From positions 38,670 to 102,669 of IMG/VR virus record IMGVR_UViG_3300024999_000057: a stretch of DNA of 64,000 nt; one strand, given 5' to 3'. Both the position numbers and the translations under genes were made by a program. This stretch comes from a virus. Below, piece by piece: positions 46,023 to 55,402 of the stretch; the first letter of the stretch is position 1; the number at the start of each line of letters is the position of its first letter. The notes below the pieces were generated by a model. It was not told where the DNA came from and did not search any database. It saw nothing but the letters and a program-made list of their open reading frames with translations.

Positions 46023-46624
46023 TAGTAGGTGGTCACTTTGGAGATTTTTTCGGCCTTTGCTACTTCACGTGCCACGACCCTGCCTGTACCGCATCCGCTT
46101 CTAGCGGAGCATACAGACGCCGCAGAATTGTATGCGACTCGATTGGGGTGGTTGCTCGCAACTTCGCCCTGGATATCCACTCCGTAGAAAACAGGAGCCC
46201 CTCCAATAGTGAACCCCACAAACGCAAGGTCAGGTTTTCCATCTGCAGGTATCCAACTCCCTTCCGCGTAGCGAAGAACGCCGTAGTATGTGTGACCATC
46301 CTGGCCGTACCCCGATCCAACACAATCTACTGGGCAGTCAAACAACAAGACGTGTGGCTCCTCCCTTTCCTTGTAAGCAGCGACCGAGACCTCAAGCGGC
46401 ATCGACGTGGTGATCATCTGAGGAGAAAACGGGCGCCCGAAAGTAAGCTGCCCAACCCAGATCTTCCGGTGCTTGATCATGTCCGCAAGATCAGCGTCGT
46501 CCAATTCCCAGCACGACCAAGTTGTTCCTGCTTCATCGTCGCACCTGAGCGCAGGCAGATCCAGGTACTCGGGCTGATCCTTGCCTAAAATTATGTTCTG
46601 TCCTTTAAAACTTGTAGGTTTCAT
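46022..46624 (-). CDS. hypothetical protein
   Basis: GKDQPEYLDLPA...SCWEL phage-type N-domain. Confidence 0.6.
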   Translation of the reverse strand: MKPTSFKGQNIILGKDQPEYLDLPALRCDDEAGTTWSCWELDDADLADMIKHRKIWVGQLTFGRPFSPQMITTSMPLEVSVAAYKEREEPHVLLFDCPVDCVGSGYGQDGHTYYGVLRYAEGSWIPADGKPDLAFVGFTIGGAPVFYGVDIQGEVASNHPNRVAYNSAASVCSARSGCGTGRVVAREVAKAEKISKVTTY

Positions 46625-46726
46625 TTCTACTTCCCCTTAAACCTAAATTTTCCAACCTGATATCCGGCGAAGCCACCAATCAGGAGCCCCAGGGCCAATA
46701 TACAAGCGACCACGCTTTCCATATGT

Positions 46727-47539
46727 CTAATCCCACGACGAGCTGCTGGAGCCAGAGTCAGAAGGGGAGCTGGAAACCGAAGGAGCGCTGTCTTCCCACG
46801 AAGATTTAGCCGCAGAAGATTTATCCTCCCAAGAAGAGACCTCCGGTTCACGCTCAACGACCCTCTCTTGAACGATGTGCTTCTCTTCGACCACCTTGTG
46901 AGCGTGGTCATGGGAGTTGGACAGCATCGAGCCGAGCACCACTCCAGTCAAAAGATCGTGACTACCGCCGTTGTTCACTACGGTGGTGTGGCTAGGAGCT
47001 ACGTAACCCGCGACAGGGGCAGGAGTAGAAACAGAAGGGACGTAAGCAGCCCTCGGTTGGTACGCCGGTCGATACTCGCGGGCCACAGGAGCGGCAAGAG
47101 GGCGCTGCACTGACGCTTTCTTCCTCCTGAAGTAGAAGAACGCTCCGACACCTCCACCAGCAATAAGCAGGAAGATCAGGAAGTTCCTGAGGAAGTGGCC
47201 CTCGATTGCCTCGATCTTCTTGGTTTGGGGCAGGAGGGCCTCTTGGAGGTTCTCGACGTTGCCTGATGACGCGAAGCTGAGGCTCGGATCGAGGCCCTTC
47301 GCCATATCCAGTGCGAGACTTGCCTTGTCCTGATTCCCGGCGCCTGCCTGCGCCTGAGCCATCGCGTAGTAGGCCTTAGCCGACTTCGGATGGTTCTGGA
47401 TGATGACAGTCAGACCTTGGACTGCAGCGGCGTAGTCTTGTTTCTTGATGAGCCCTTGGATCTGGTCGAAGGTGGCTTCAGCGTAAGCCGACGTGCTGAA
47501 GATCAGAAGTGCTGCGACTGCGAAAAACAATTTTCTCAT
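46727..47539 (-). CDS. exported TPR protein with a TM anchor and low-complexity cytoplasmic tail
   Basis: Signal peptide, HPKSAKAYYAMAQ TPR, TM helix, GVVLGSML, Ser-rich tail. Confidence 0.75.
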   Translation of the reverse strand: MRKLFFAVAALLIFSTSAYAEATFDQIQGLIKKQDYAAAVQGLTVIIQNHPKSAKAYYAMAQAQAGAGNQDKASLALDMAKGLDPSLSFASSGNVENLQEALLPQTKKIEAIEGHFLRNFLIFLLIAGGGVGAFFYFRRKKASVQRPLAAPVAREYRPAYQPRAAYVPSVSTPAPVAGYVAPSHTTVVNNGGSHDLLTGVVLGSMLSNSHDHAHKVVEEKHIVQERVVEREPEVSSWEDKSSAAKSSWEDSAPSVSSSPSDSGSSSSSWD

Positions 47540-47577
47540 TTTACTCTCCTTTGATTTAGCCCTGGTAGGGCTTTGGT

Positions 47578-47988
47578 TTACCTCATTGATTGAACCAAGT
47601 TGTGGCTGCAGTAGCCTTTCCGGGCCACGCTTCTAGCTTCGTTCCCACTGATGAAATGCCCACCCAAATCCCATTCTTGGATCAGGTCTCGCAAATAACC
47701 GTAACTGATTCCTAAAATATGAGCAGCGTCCCTTCTAGTGAATTTCTCAGAAGCCACCTGAATAACATCCTCTTTGGAAACACACCTTGGGCGGGGTCTG
47801 ACATCTGGGTACCAGTGCCCCATACCTAACATATTGATTACCCTACGAAAATGGTCCTCGGCAATCCCTAGTTTCCTAGCCGCTTCCCTCTGGTTCACCC
47901 CAGCCACACTCACACAGTCGGCGTAGGTGATCCCACAGAGAGGGAAGATGGTTCTGCTTGTTTTGGTCACAATCAGATCCCCTTCCAA
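47578..47988 (-). CDS. tandem HTH DNA-binding protein
   Basis: NQREAARKLGI and TRRDAAHILGISYGYL. Confidence 0.7.
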   Translation of the reverse strand: MEGDLIVTKTSRTIFPLCGITYADCVSVAGVNQREAARKLGIAEDHFRRVINMLGMGHWYPDVRPRPRCVSKEDVIQVASEKFTRRDAAHILGISYGYLRDLIQEWDLGGHFISGNEARSVARKGYCSHNLVQSMR

Positions 47989-49084
47989 AAATAAAGCGGG
48001 ATTCCTACGATGAAACCCAGGAGCGCAAAGTTTGAGATGATGCCCTCAAGAGCCAGAAGCAGCCATAGAAAAACATTTTTCTTCCCGACTAGGACCATCG
48101 CCTCCTTGCCTTCTTGCACCCAGTTAAACCCGCGCCCGAGTGTCTTTTCCGCTGCATAGCGGAGCAGCAGCCCGACCGGAATCATCCCGATGATTATTAG
48201 CAAGCAAATTAAATAAACCGGCATTCAAACCTCCATTTCTATTCAGATGTGAATTTGTTAAAGTAAAAGGTCTTCCCTGAAGTCGTCCTTGAGGATGTCC
48301 TTTTTGAGTTCTAGGTAACGCCAGAACTCGCCTGAGTTCATTGCCATCAACAAATCTGCTCGGTTAAAAGCTTCAACTATTTTGGTGTTCAACAGAAACA
48401 TCGCCTACTCCCATTCCAACTTGATGTCTTGAGTCCCGCAGCCAGAGTGCTCCAGTAGGAAGTCCGTCATTCCTGGAAACCCACCCCACCAGCCTCCTCC
48501 TGCGTTCCTCCCAAGCTTAATCCTTTCACCACATCTGGTGCAGCGGAGGTAGACGTACTCCTGATCGCGGAGCAGCGGGACATCCCCACATTCCTCGCAG
48601 AGGTATTCCTGCTTCACCTGGCCTGTAACCACCGGGCAATCCTTGTCACCGTACTTGCAGCCATGGCGGGTGCAGCAGTGAGTTGTGTGGACTCCAATTT
48701 TATCTGGTTTCATTTTTATTCCTCCCTTCGAATCTCGTATTTCACCATCCAGGTTGGATCTTTTCAAATTTAATTGCCATTGTTGGCTCCTTATTTGTAC
48801 CTCACGACTGGTTCTGCAGCATCCTCTTGACACTTCATCGGTATTAAAGATTGTCCCTCTCGCATCACCTGAATCCCGGTCACGTTGTCCTCGAAGCCGT
48901 AATTACCGTTATCGACTCTACTAGTGACCGCCAGAAATTGTAAGCCGAATTTGCAGAACGGCCTAACGAAAATTGTAGCTTGTGTGCCTCCTCTTTCGTC
49001 ACCTACTCGACGAACCTCAGTCCCTGCCTGAGCAACTCCAGTGCCGAGGCACCAGATTATAAAAGCTGCTGCGAAAATTCTCAT
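47973..49084 (-). CDS. small hypothetical genes (47973-48224 membrane, 48405-48713 Cys-rich, 48791-49084 secreted)
   Basis: ORFs with RBSs; hydrophobic or Cys patterns. Confidence 0.55.
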
Positions 49085-49094
49085 CTTCTCCTCC

Positions 49095-51107
49095 TTATTC
49101 CGCCGCTTTAATATTCAGCAGCGGCCTGATGTGGTCGATCACACTCACGGTGACTCCCTCCTGCTTTGCCAGCACGTAATTGATGTCCTTGTAGGCGGCG
49201 GGCGCCTCATCCAGGATTGAGCGGTTGGTGGAGCAGATGATGCCTTGCATCCCGTCCTTGAACTCCTGATAATCCAGCGTCTTCTTCGCTTGGTTCCTTC
49301 CCATGACCCTACCGCAGCCGTGAGATGCCGAGGAGAGATAATAGGACTCGCCCAAGCCTTCCGTGATGTACACGCCATCTCGCATGTTGGCTGGGATCAC
49401 ACCAAGCTGCCCCAGGTCCGCAGGAGTCGCTCCTTTGCGGTGCAGGACGCCCTCAGGAGTTACGACGGCGTGATTGTGGTTCTCGTTGATGACGCGGTTC
49501 GCTAACTGGTTAGGGTGCAGCCCTAGGCATTGTAGCACTTGGGTCATCATCCGCAGCCGATTCTCCAGTGCCCACTCCAGAGCGAAATTCATGTCCTGAA
49601 GATAAGCCTGTCCAAGCTCAGACTCCAGAGGGAACAACCGGCCCTTCTTCATGTACCAACCGCCGATTGTATGGCCTACGTTCCTGGACCCCGAGTGAAT
49701 CGTGACGCAGAGGTTGCCCTTCTGGTTCTCGCCAAGCTCTATGAAATGATTTCCGCCACCTAGCGTTCCGAGTTGGGTGCCAACTTTAGCCTGGACTCGC
49801 TGGTGCGTGTTAACATCCATCACGTCTGAAAACAGCACCCAATCGTAGCCTTGGTCCTTTGTATGTGAGGAGAACCCCGTAGGAATCACCTTCAGGATGT
49901 CGTTGTAGATGCCTCGGAGGGTAGTCACGCTCGCAGCCTTGATGCCTGTGTCTAACGAGCACATTCCACAGTTTCCAGTGATAAAAATCTTGTTGTTGCG
50001 CCTAGCTACGAAATATCCCGAAGGAACCGTGAAGCAATATTCTTTACCGTCTTGAGACGACACGAAGTTAATCGCCTCGTTTTTGGTTAGTCCCACATAC
50101 TCGTTTTTGGTTTTGTAAACCCACCAAGTTGAGTTCCAATCTTTCCCCTCGTAAGAGTGGCAGTGTATGCCAGTTCTGGCCCCCGCCACCGTAAAGGCAT
50201 ACTGAATTAAATCCGCATTTTGCTTGCAAGTAGCGGAAAAAGCTTCGTGCTCACCCACTGTACCATCCCAATGCAAACATTCTTCTGCAATAATTCTGAG
50301 TTGCGCTTCGCTACTTGCCCAGAAAATAGACAGGTCCTTAGTGACTCGATAGTCCCTGAAGTATATGTAGGTGCTGCCATCCACACCTACGGTTAACTCG
50401 TAATTTATTCCCGCCTGGTTAAGCAGTTCCTGGGCTCTAATTATTTTCCTCTCTTTTCTGAAGTGTAGTTCAGTGGTGCCTTGCTTTCTTATGTGCCCAT
50501 CCGCACTCACCATGACAATTACCCTGAGGATAGCATCAGTCATATCCAAATCAGGATTACTTAATTTGAACGTGGTTTTTATTCCGCCTTGTAGTCCTTT
50601 ACCTAGAGACCTGTGCTTTTCCACTAGTTCTTTAGTTGCATACACTTTGGGCTTATACCCCCGCGACTTGTATCCATGCCAGAACAGCACCTTGTGACCC
50701 GAAGACAGCATTTGATCCATGCCATCCTTGTGCCACAGATGGTAGAAGCCCTCTGATGGTTGCACCACATAACGCTGGGGTACTACAAACGATGCTTCAT
50801 CGGTAGTCGGGTTGTACTGAAGTACCTCGCCACCCCCGTATTCTGAAATTTTAACCCAACCACTAGGAGACAAAAACTCAGTGTCCTTATCAAGGCACCC
50901 GATATCGTATCCGACGAAAGAAGGAGAGATCATCCCCTCTAAAAGAGCGACTCCTCCAATCGGCAGGTCGTAACCTGCATGGACATCCGGCATGATCGCC
51001 AGCTTCTTCAGGCAATCCAATTCCAGTACATCAAAAATCTGCTGCTGAGCAGACTGCTCAATTTCCTCCAGTGGAACCGTCGAGAACAACCTGTTGAGCT
51101 TGCTCAT
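49095..51107 (-). CDS. rtcB: RtcB RNA ligase interrupted by an intein
   Basis: MPDVHAGY, GYDIG|CG, GTLGGGNHFIE, HSGSR, NHNH, HRKGA, SHGCGR, DEAPAAYK. Confidence 0.95.
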   Translation of the reverse strand: MSKLNRLFSTVPLEEIEQSAQQQIFDVLELDCLKKLAIMPDVHAGYDLPIGGVALLEGMISPSFVGYDIGCLDKDTEFLSPSGWVKISEYGGGEVLQYNPTTDEASFVVPQRYVVQPSEGFYHLWHKDGMDQMLSSGHKVLFWHGYKSRGYKPKVYATKELVEKHRSLGKGLQGGIKTTFKLSNPDLDMTDAILRVIVMVSADGHIRKQGTTELHFRKERKIIRAQELLNQAGINYELTVGVDGSTYIYFRDYRVTKDLSIFWASSEAQLRIIAEECLHWDGTVGEHEAFSATCKQNADLIQYAFTVAGARTGIHCHSYEGKDWNSTWWVYKTKNEYVGLTKNEAINFVSSQDGKEYCFTVPSGYFVARRNNKIFITGNCGMCSLDTGIKAASVTTLRGIYNDILKVIPTGFSSHTKDQGYDWVLFSDVMDVNTHQRVQAKVGTQLGTLGGGNHFIELGENQKGNLCVTIHSGSRNVGHTIGGWYMKKGRLFPLESELGQAYLQDMNFALEWALENRLRMMTQVLQCLGLHPNQLANRVINENHNHAVVTPEGVLHRKGATPADLGQLGVIPANMRDGVYITEGLGESYYLSSASHGCGRVMGRNQAKKTLDYQEFKDGMQGIICSTNRSILDEAPAAYKDINYVLAKQEGVTVSVIDHIRPLLNIKAAE
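49971..50897 (-). mobile_element. 309-aa intein with LAGLIDADG homing endonuclease
   Basis: Starts CLDKDTEFLSPSGW, ends YCFTVPSGYFVARRNNKIFITGN before extein Cys; SADG and HWDG blocks. Confidence 0.92.
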
Positions 51108-51145
51108 TTTCTCCTCCTTTAAAATTCACTTCTGAATTCCTACTC

Positions 51146-51182
51146 CAAAAGGAAGCGGCCCACAAAGAACCGCTCCCTTCCA
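51146..51182 (-). terminator. intrinsic terminator
   Basis: GGAAGGGAGCGG...CCGCTTCCTTTT on the - strand. Confidence 0.6.
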
Positions 51183-51183
51183 A

Positions 51184-51540
51184 TCAACCCTCAATAATGT
51201 CCGAGATCTCCTTCAGAACCTTCTTACCTTTAGGAGTCAGGTAAACCGCGTTCGCCTTCCGGTCGAAGGTATCGGGGCGCTGTTCGACCAACTCGTAACC
51301 CGCTTTCCTCTTAGCTCCCGTCTCGGATTCCACCAGGTAGACCGAAAGTTTTTTCACGTTTCGAGAAACGGTGCCTTGCGGCCACCCAAGTTTATCCGCT
51401 ATTTTCGGCTGGGTGATCCCATCCTCCTCAGCTATCGCTAAGAGCAGCATGACGTGCTGCAGCGGAAGTTCAGCGAAAATTTGCTCCAGCACATGCTGCG
51501 ACTTCTTGAATTTCATGAGACCCTTAGTTAAGCCAGCCAT
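51184..51540 (-). CDS. MarR-like winged-helix regulator
   Basis: LLLAIAEEDGITQPKIADKLGWPQGTVSRNVKKL...DRKANAVYLTPKGK. Confidence 0.85.
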   Translation of the reverse strand: MAGLTKGLMKFKKSQHVLEQIFAELPLQHVMLLLAIAEEDGITQPKIADKLGWPQGTVSRNVKKLSVYLVESETGAKRKAGYELVEQRPDTFDRKANAVYLTPKGKKVLKEISDIIEG

Positions 51541-51631
51541 TTCGTTTACCTCCTTGTTTATTTGGTATTTTTAAGTTAGCAATTCAAATTAGAATTTGCA
51601 TTCGATTGTGAATTGCCTAGCTTAAAAATTT

Positions 51632-51982
51632 TTAGGCTGAGGTTTTAGCCATCAGCTCCTTGAAAATCTTTTTACCCTTGACGGATAGAACCACTACGCG
51701 CTCCCGTCGATTCCCCAAACTGACCTGCAGGCGAATCAACCCAAATCCCATTTTTATGGCCTTTCCTGCCCCGTTGTGGCCTACATAAGCAGGACCCAAT
51801 AACCGCAGCATCTTGGTCAGGGTACATCTGCCAATTCGAGAAAGGTCCTTAAGTTCCGAGATCGTAATGCCCTCGTTTTCAGCCACTAGCAGAAATAAGG
51901 CCGCAAATGCTGGCGAAATGCCCTTGATTCTCTCCTTGACCAACTCCTGGAACTGCTCCGCATGATCAGGGTCGAGAGTCAT
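51632..51982 (-). CDS. MarR-like winged-helix regulator (paralog)
   Basis: LFLLVAENEGITISEL...NRRERVVVLSVKGK; GGAGG RBS before MTLDP. Confidence 0.75.
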   Translation of the reverse strand: MTLDPDHAEQFQELVKERIKGISPAFAALFLLVAENEGITISELKDLSRIGRCTLTKMLRLLGPAYVGHNGAGKAIKMGFGLIRLQVSLGNRRERVVVLSVKGKKIFKELMAKTSA

Positions 51983-52091
51983 TTCGCCTCCGCTTTTGGT
52001 ATCCATCCATTTGTGATTAAGAATACACATCTGCTTCGGAGGTGTCAAGTGGTTTCATTCAGATTTTCAAAACAAGGAGGTTCGAAATGTC

Positions 52092-52793
52092 CTACGCTTG
52101 CTTGGGAGGGCGCAGCCCGCACGAATTCTTCTCGGGGCAAAACCCAAGCGCCAGACATTTGGGACCAGCACCCTTGAATAAAACTGGGTGCACCTCCAGG
52201 CAAATCTGAAGCATCTGATTTGCTACCTCTCGAATCTCCCACTGAGCTTTAGAGCAGCAGCGCTCTCCGAAGAAGTGAAGCAACTGTCTTGCATTCATCG
52301 TCACCAGCAGTTGGGTCGCTGTAGCTTGTGGTAGGATGTAGCGGGCGTCTTCGGGAGGAACTCCTTGGTCCAGTAGGTCGAGGTAGGCGCGGTGGGCGTA
52401 GTCCAGAATCTTCTCTACGCTTATCGGAAATGGTATCCTGATATTCACCCGCCGCCCCTTGATCTTCTCAGGAACCACCACCTTGAAATTCTCTCCGACC
52501 TTCGTGTACCTCCCGGATTTGACTGAATATGAAGTTCCAACTTTGTGCCTCACCATCTGAGTCTCAGTCACGCGGCTGATCCCAGAAACTCCGAAGGTCA
52601 CCGAGAAGTGCTCCGCGATTGACTGGTGCCCGTAGCCCATGACCTGATCCATAATCGCCTCGTCGCCATCAAAGGGCTCTAAGATTTCAGCCACAGTTTT
52701 GGTCGAGGTGCAGAGTCTAGCGGCTTTAGCAGGAACCATCCGGTCCTCGGTGCAGGTCACCAGGACCACCTCAGGTTTTACTTGCTCGATCAT
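52092..52793 (-). CDS. thyX: flavin-dependent thymidylate synthase
   Basis: GHQSIAEH, ISR, VRHKVGTSYSVKSGRY, EDARYILP, MNARQL, AQWEIR. Confidence 0.95.
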   Translation of the reverse strand: MIEQVKPEVVLVTCTEDRMVPAKAARLCTSTKTVAEILEPFDGDEAIMDQVMGYGHQSIAEHFSVTFGVSGISRVTETQMVRHKVGTSYSVKSGRYTKVGENFKVVVPEKIKGRRVNIRIPFPISVEKILDYAHRAYLDLLDQGVPPEDARYILPQATATQLLVTMNARQLLHFFGERCCSKAQWEIREVANQMLQICLEVHPVLFKGAGPKCLALGFCPEKNSCGLRPPKQA

Positions 52794-53074
52794 GCAGCCA
52801 TCTCCTCTACCACAACTCCCGTCGAACTCCACTCACGATCATCCGAGCCGATTTCGTAGTTCATGTCAATCCACTTCTTGAATCGTGCTGCGAGGATTTC
52901 TCCGAAGTGGTGCATCAAAATCCGCTGGCCTATTTGTACCGGGTGCTGGGTGTTGAATGGCTTCTTCGCCTGTTCCACCAGCGAAGGCCCATACAATCTG
53001 ATTTCCCAGTGGGTGTCTTCGTACTTGATCAACTTTTTTATCTCGTCTGCAAATCTCCACACTTCGATGTGCAT
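52790..53074 (-). CDS. hypothetical protein
   Basis: GGAGG RBS preceded by an operator. Confidence 0.6.
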   Translation of the reverse strand: MHIEVWRFADEIKKLIKYEDTHWEIRLYGPSLVEQAKKPFNTQHPVQIGQRILMHHFGEILAARFKKWIDMNYEIGSDDREWSSTGVVVEEMAA

Positions 53075-53107
53075 TTACTTCCTCCTAGATTCAGATGTGA
53101 ATTCCAT

Positions 53108-53713
53108 TTAAAAATGTCGATATTCCCTAGCCAATTTCAACACTTTTCGTGAATACTTCGGGTTCCGCCTGCCCCTCTCAAATGACCCAGTGCCTAAGTT
53201 GTAGACCTGCAGGCCGTTCCGGACCCCGTACTTCATCGTGTACTCTTTTAAAAGTACAGCAGAGCACCTGATGTTAACCTCGGGATCATACTTTTCAGAC
53301 TCCTTCGTAATTAGGGGGAACCTATCGGCATGAGCTTTGAAATCTACTTGCCCCGAGCCTTTAGCGCCGGTCCTGCTTCTTGCAAATGGGTACCCCTCAG
53401 ATTCGGCAGTGATTGTCCCGACTAATAAACTCAGGTCAAGATGCTGCTCTCTTGCGGCTTTGATCGTAGCTGCTGCCTGGTACTCAGCAAGCTCGGACCA
53501 AAGCCTTTCGTTCTTCTCCATGTACCAAAGCTTCAGCCTTTGAGTCGTAGCATCAACTTCATGCTTCCTCCCTTCAAGCAAAACTTGGGCTTTTTGATCC
53601 ACCTTCCTAACATCCAAGAGCGCCTTGGTTGCGACCGCCGTTGCTGCTGCAGTTAAAATCACCAGCAGAACTCCGATCTGGGCCAGGTGAGCCACCCGGA
53701 TTTTAAGCCTCAT
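53108..53713 (-). CDS. membrane-anchored lytic transglycosylase (SLT domain)
   Basis: ITAESEG, SRTGAKGSGQV, DPEVNI, YNLG; N-terminal TM. Confidence 0.85.
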   Translation of the reverse strand: MRLKIRVAHLAQIGVLLVILTAAATAVATKALLDVRKVDQKAQVLLEGRKHEVDATTQRLKLWYMEKNERLWSELAEYQAAATIKAAREQHLDLSLLVGTITAESEGYPFARSRTGAKGSGQVDFKAHADRFPLITKESEKYDPEVNIRCSAVLLKEYTMKYGVRNGLQVYNLGTGSFERGRRNPKYSRKVLKLAREYRHF

Positions 53714-53858
53714 TCAAAACTCCTTTTCTCAAAACGTACTCCTTGTCAATCAACTCTCTGAGGATCAGGGATTTGTTGGATTTCCCTGTGCCTAGCCTAA
53801 CGAGTTCATCCAGTTTTTTCGTAGTGTCCTCGTCGAGAGCGATGCAATGCTTGACCAT
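53703..53858 (-). CDS. ribbon-helix-helix (CopG-like) regulator
   Basis: KHCIALDEDTTKKLDEL...NKSLILRELID. Confidence 0.7.
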   Translation of the reverse strand: MVKHCIALDEDTTKKLDELVRLGTGKSNKSLILRELIDKEYVLRKGVLNEA

Positions 53859-53899
53859 CACTTTTAAATCACCTCCTTTTAAATTCAGATATGAATTTG

Positions 53900-54082
53900 T
53901 TAGACGAAGAACCACGCGAAAGCGGACTTGATGATGCTCAGCGTGACTTCGTGGAAGATCAGCCATTTGATCCAGACGATACCCCAGAACAAGAAATCCA
54001 TGATTGTGAAGAAGACGCTCTGGTGGATGTGGTAGCCAATGATCGCTGTGATTGCTCCGATAAGGGTGTAGCTTACCGACAT
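53900..54082 (-). CDS. small membrane protein
   Basis: Hydrophobic 60 aa, first gene after the promoter. Confidence 0.6.
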   Translation of the reverse strand: MSVSYTLIGAITAIIGYHIHQSVFFTIMDFLFWGIVWIKWLIFHEVTLSIIKSAFAWFFV

Positions 54083-54122
54083 AATTTTGCTCCCGTTTAA
54101 AATGATTTTTAATTCAGATGTG

Positions 54123-54151
54123 AGTATATACCATCTCTAACAATAAGTCAA
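54123..54151 (-). promoter_or_regulatory. sigma70 promoter TTGACT-17-TATACT bracketed by two operators
   Basis: -35 at 54146-54151, -10 at 54123-54128; palindromes at 54112 and 54159. Confidence 0.85.
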
Positions 54152-54187
54152 GATAAAAATGCACTTGTGAATTTATCTCAGAATAGC

Positions 54188-54211
54188 AAGGGCCTCGATT
54201 AAGAGGCCCTT
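54188..54211. terminator. hairpin / terminator upstream of the promoter
   Basis: AAGGGCCTC-GATTAA-GAGGCCCTT. Confidence 0.6.
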
Positions 54212-54714
54212 CAGGAAGATTGGATATTCAATTGTGGTCCTGCTCAAACAAAAATGCTACACGCTCCAGGGGTTGTTAGGGCAAGAGCCATCTTCGTGAT
54301 CATCGCACAAAGTCTCTTGCAGCGAGTCCTTGTGATCGTCCGTGAGCATTTCTGCTACGGCTTGGAGTTGGTTGAGGTGGCGAGGACAATTTTCACAGGT
54401 AGGCAAGTGGGGCATTAAAATCTCTCCTAGTGCATTGAATTTGTGGTCGTTATACCACAACGCAAAATTATCAAAAATCAATGAAAGGTCAAACGGTTCT
54501 GCTTGCTCAGTACCTATTCAGAAGCGTATTACTTTTCAGGTAAAAAGGCAAGAGAAATCTTAGTTTCGTGTCAATTTTCTTAGTTTAAACTTAAAGAACC
54601 AATAATTTCTTGGGCTTACCCCTGAGCCAAGTTAATTACTACTAAAATGGTGATCAATATTAAATTTTAAATACTATTTAATTACCGAAGTATACCTAAA
54701 AAATCTAATTAATC

Positions 54715-55392
54715 CTACCCAATCCTCACCAGCAGATTCTTGACGCCCTGTGAAGTCCAGACCTTTTTCTTCCTGGGAGTCTGGATTCCTGCTTCAGTCA
54801 ATTGCTGAGCCAAGGCGGTTAAAGAGGTGATTCCTTGGTTCTGGAATTTGATTATTTCAGGTTTCAATTTCTCGGCGCGAAGATCCGCTTTGGTCCGGTT
54901 CTTGAGAGAGCCTTGGATTCTGCCATCTCCAAATTTGGCTTCATCTCTGTTCAAGTGGCACGCCTTGCCCAGTTGAACTCCCTTGGCCTTAGCCGCCTTC
55001 AGGCCGTTCTTGGTCCGCTCCCTGATCCTCTCCAACTCGTACTCAGCTACGCAGCCGAGCACGTTCAGTACGAACCTGCTTGTGTTGGGGAAGTCGCAGA
55101 TGATGATCTCGACTCCGGAATCCAGGATCACGGTGAGGAACGAGAGGCTCCTCGAAAGTCTGTCAAGTCTTGCTGTGATCAGCCTGCAGCCGGTCAACTC
55201 GCAGTAGTTCAGGGCCTCCTTGAGAACCGGTCTTTCCTTGTTGGAGCCAGATTCTACCTCGGTGTACTCCTTGATGACTTCGAGATTGTGACGGGTTGCG
55301 TAATCAGCAACTATGGCTCGCTGAGCGTCGAGTCCGTGTCGCTCTGACTGTCCTTTGGTTGAGACACGGCTGTAGAAAATGCACCGTTCCAT
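54715..55392 (-). CDS. small serine recombinase (resolvase/invertase family)
   Basis: YSRVST, ESGS..RP, LDRLSR, AEYELERIRERT, AKGVQLG, C-terminal DNA-binding segment. Confidence 0.93.
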   Translation of the reverse strand: MERCIFYSRVSTKGQSERHGLDAQRAIVADYATRHNLEVIKEYTEVESGSNKERPVLKEALNYCELTGCRLITARLDRLSRSLSFLTVILDSGVEIIICDFPNTSRFVLNVLGCVAEYELERIRERTKNGLKAAKAKGVQLGKACHLNRDEAKFGDGRIQGSLKNRTKADLRAEKLKPEIIKFQNQGITSLTALAQQLTEAGIQTPRKKKVWTSQGVKNLLVRIG

Positions 55393-55402
55393 TTTAGACC
55401 TC

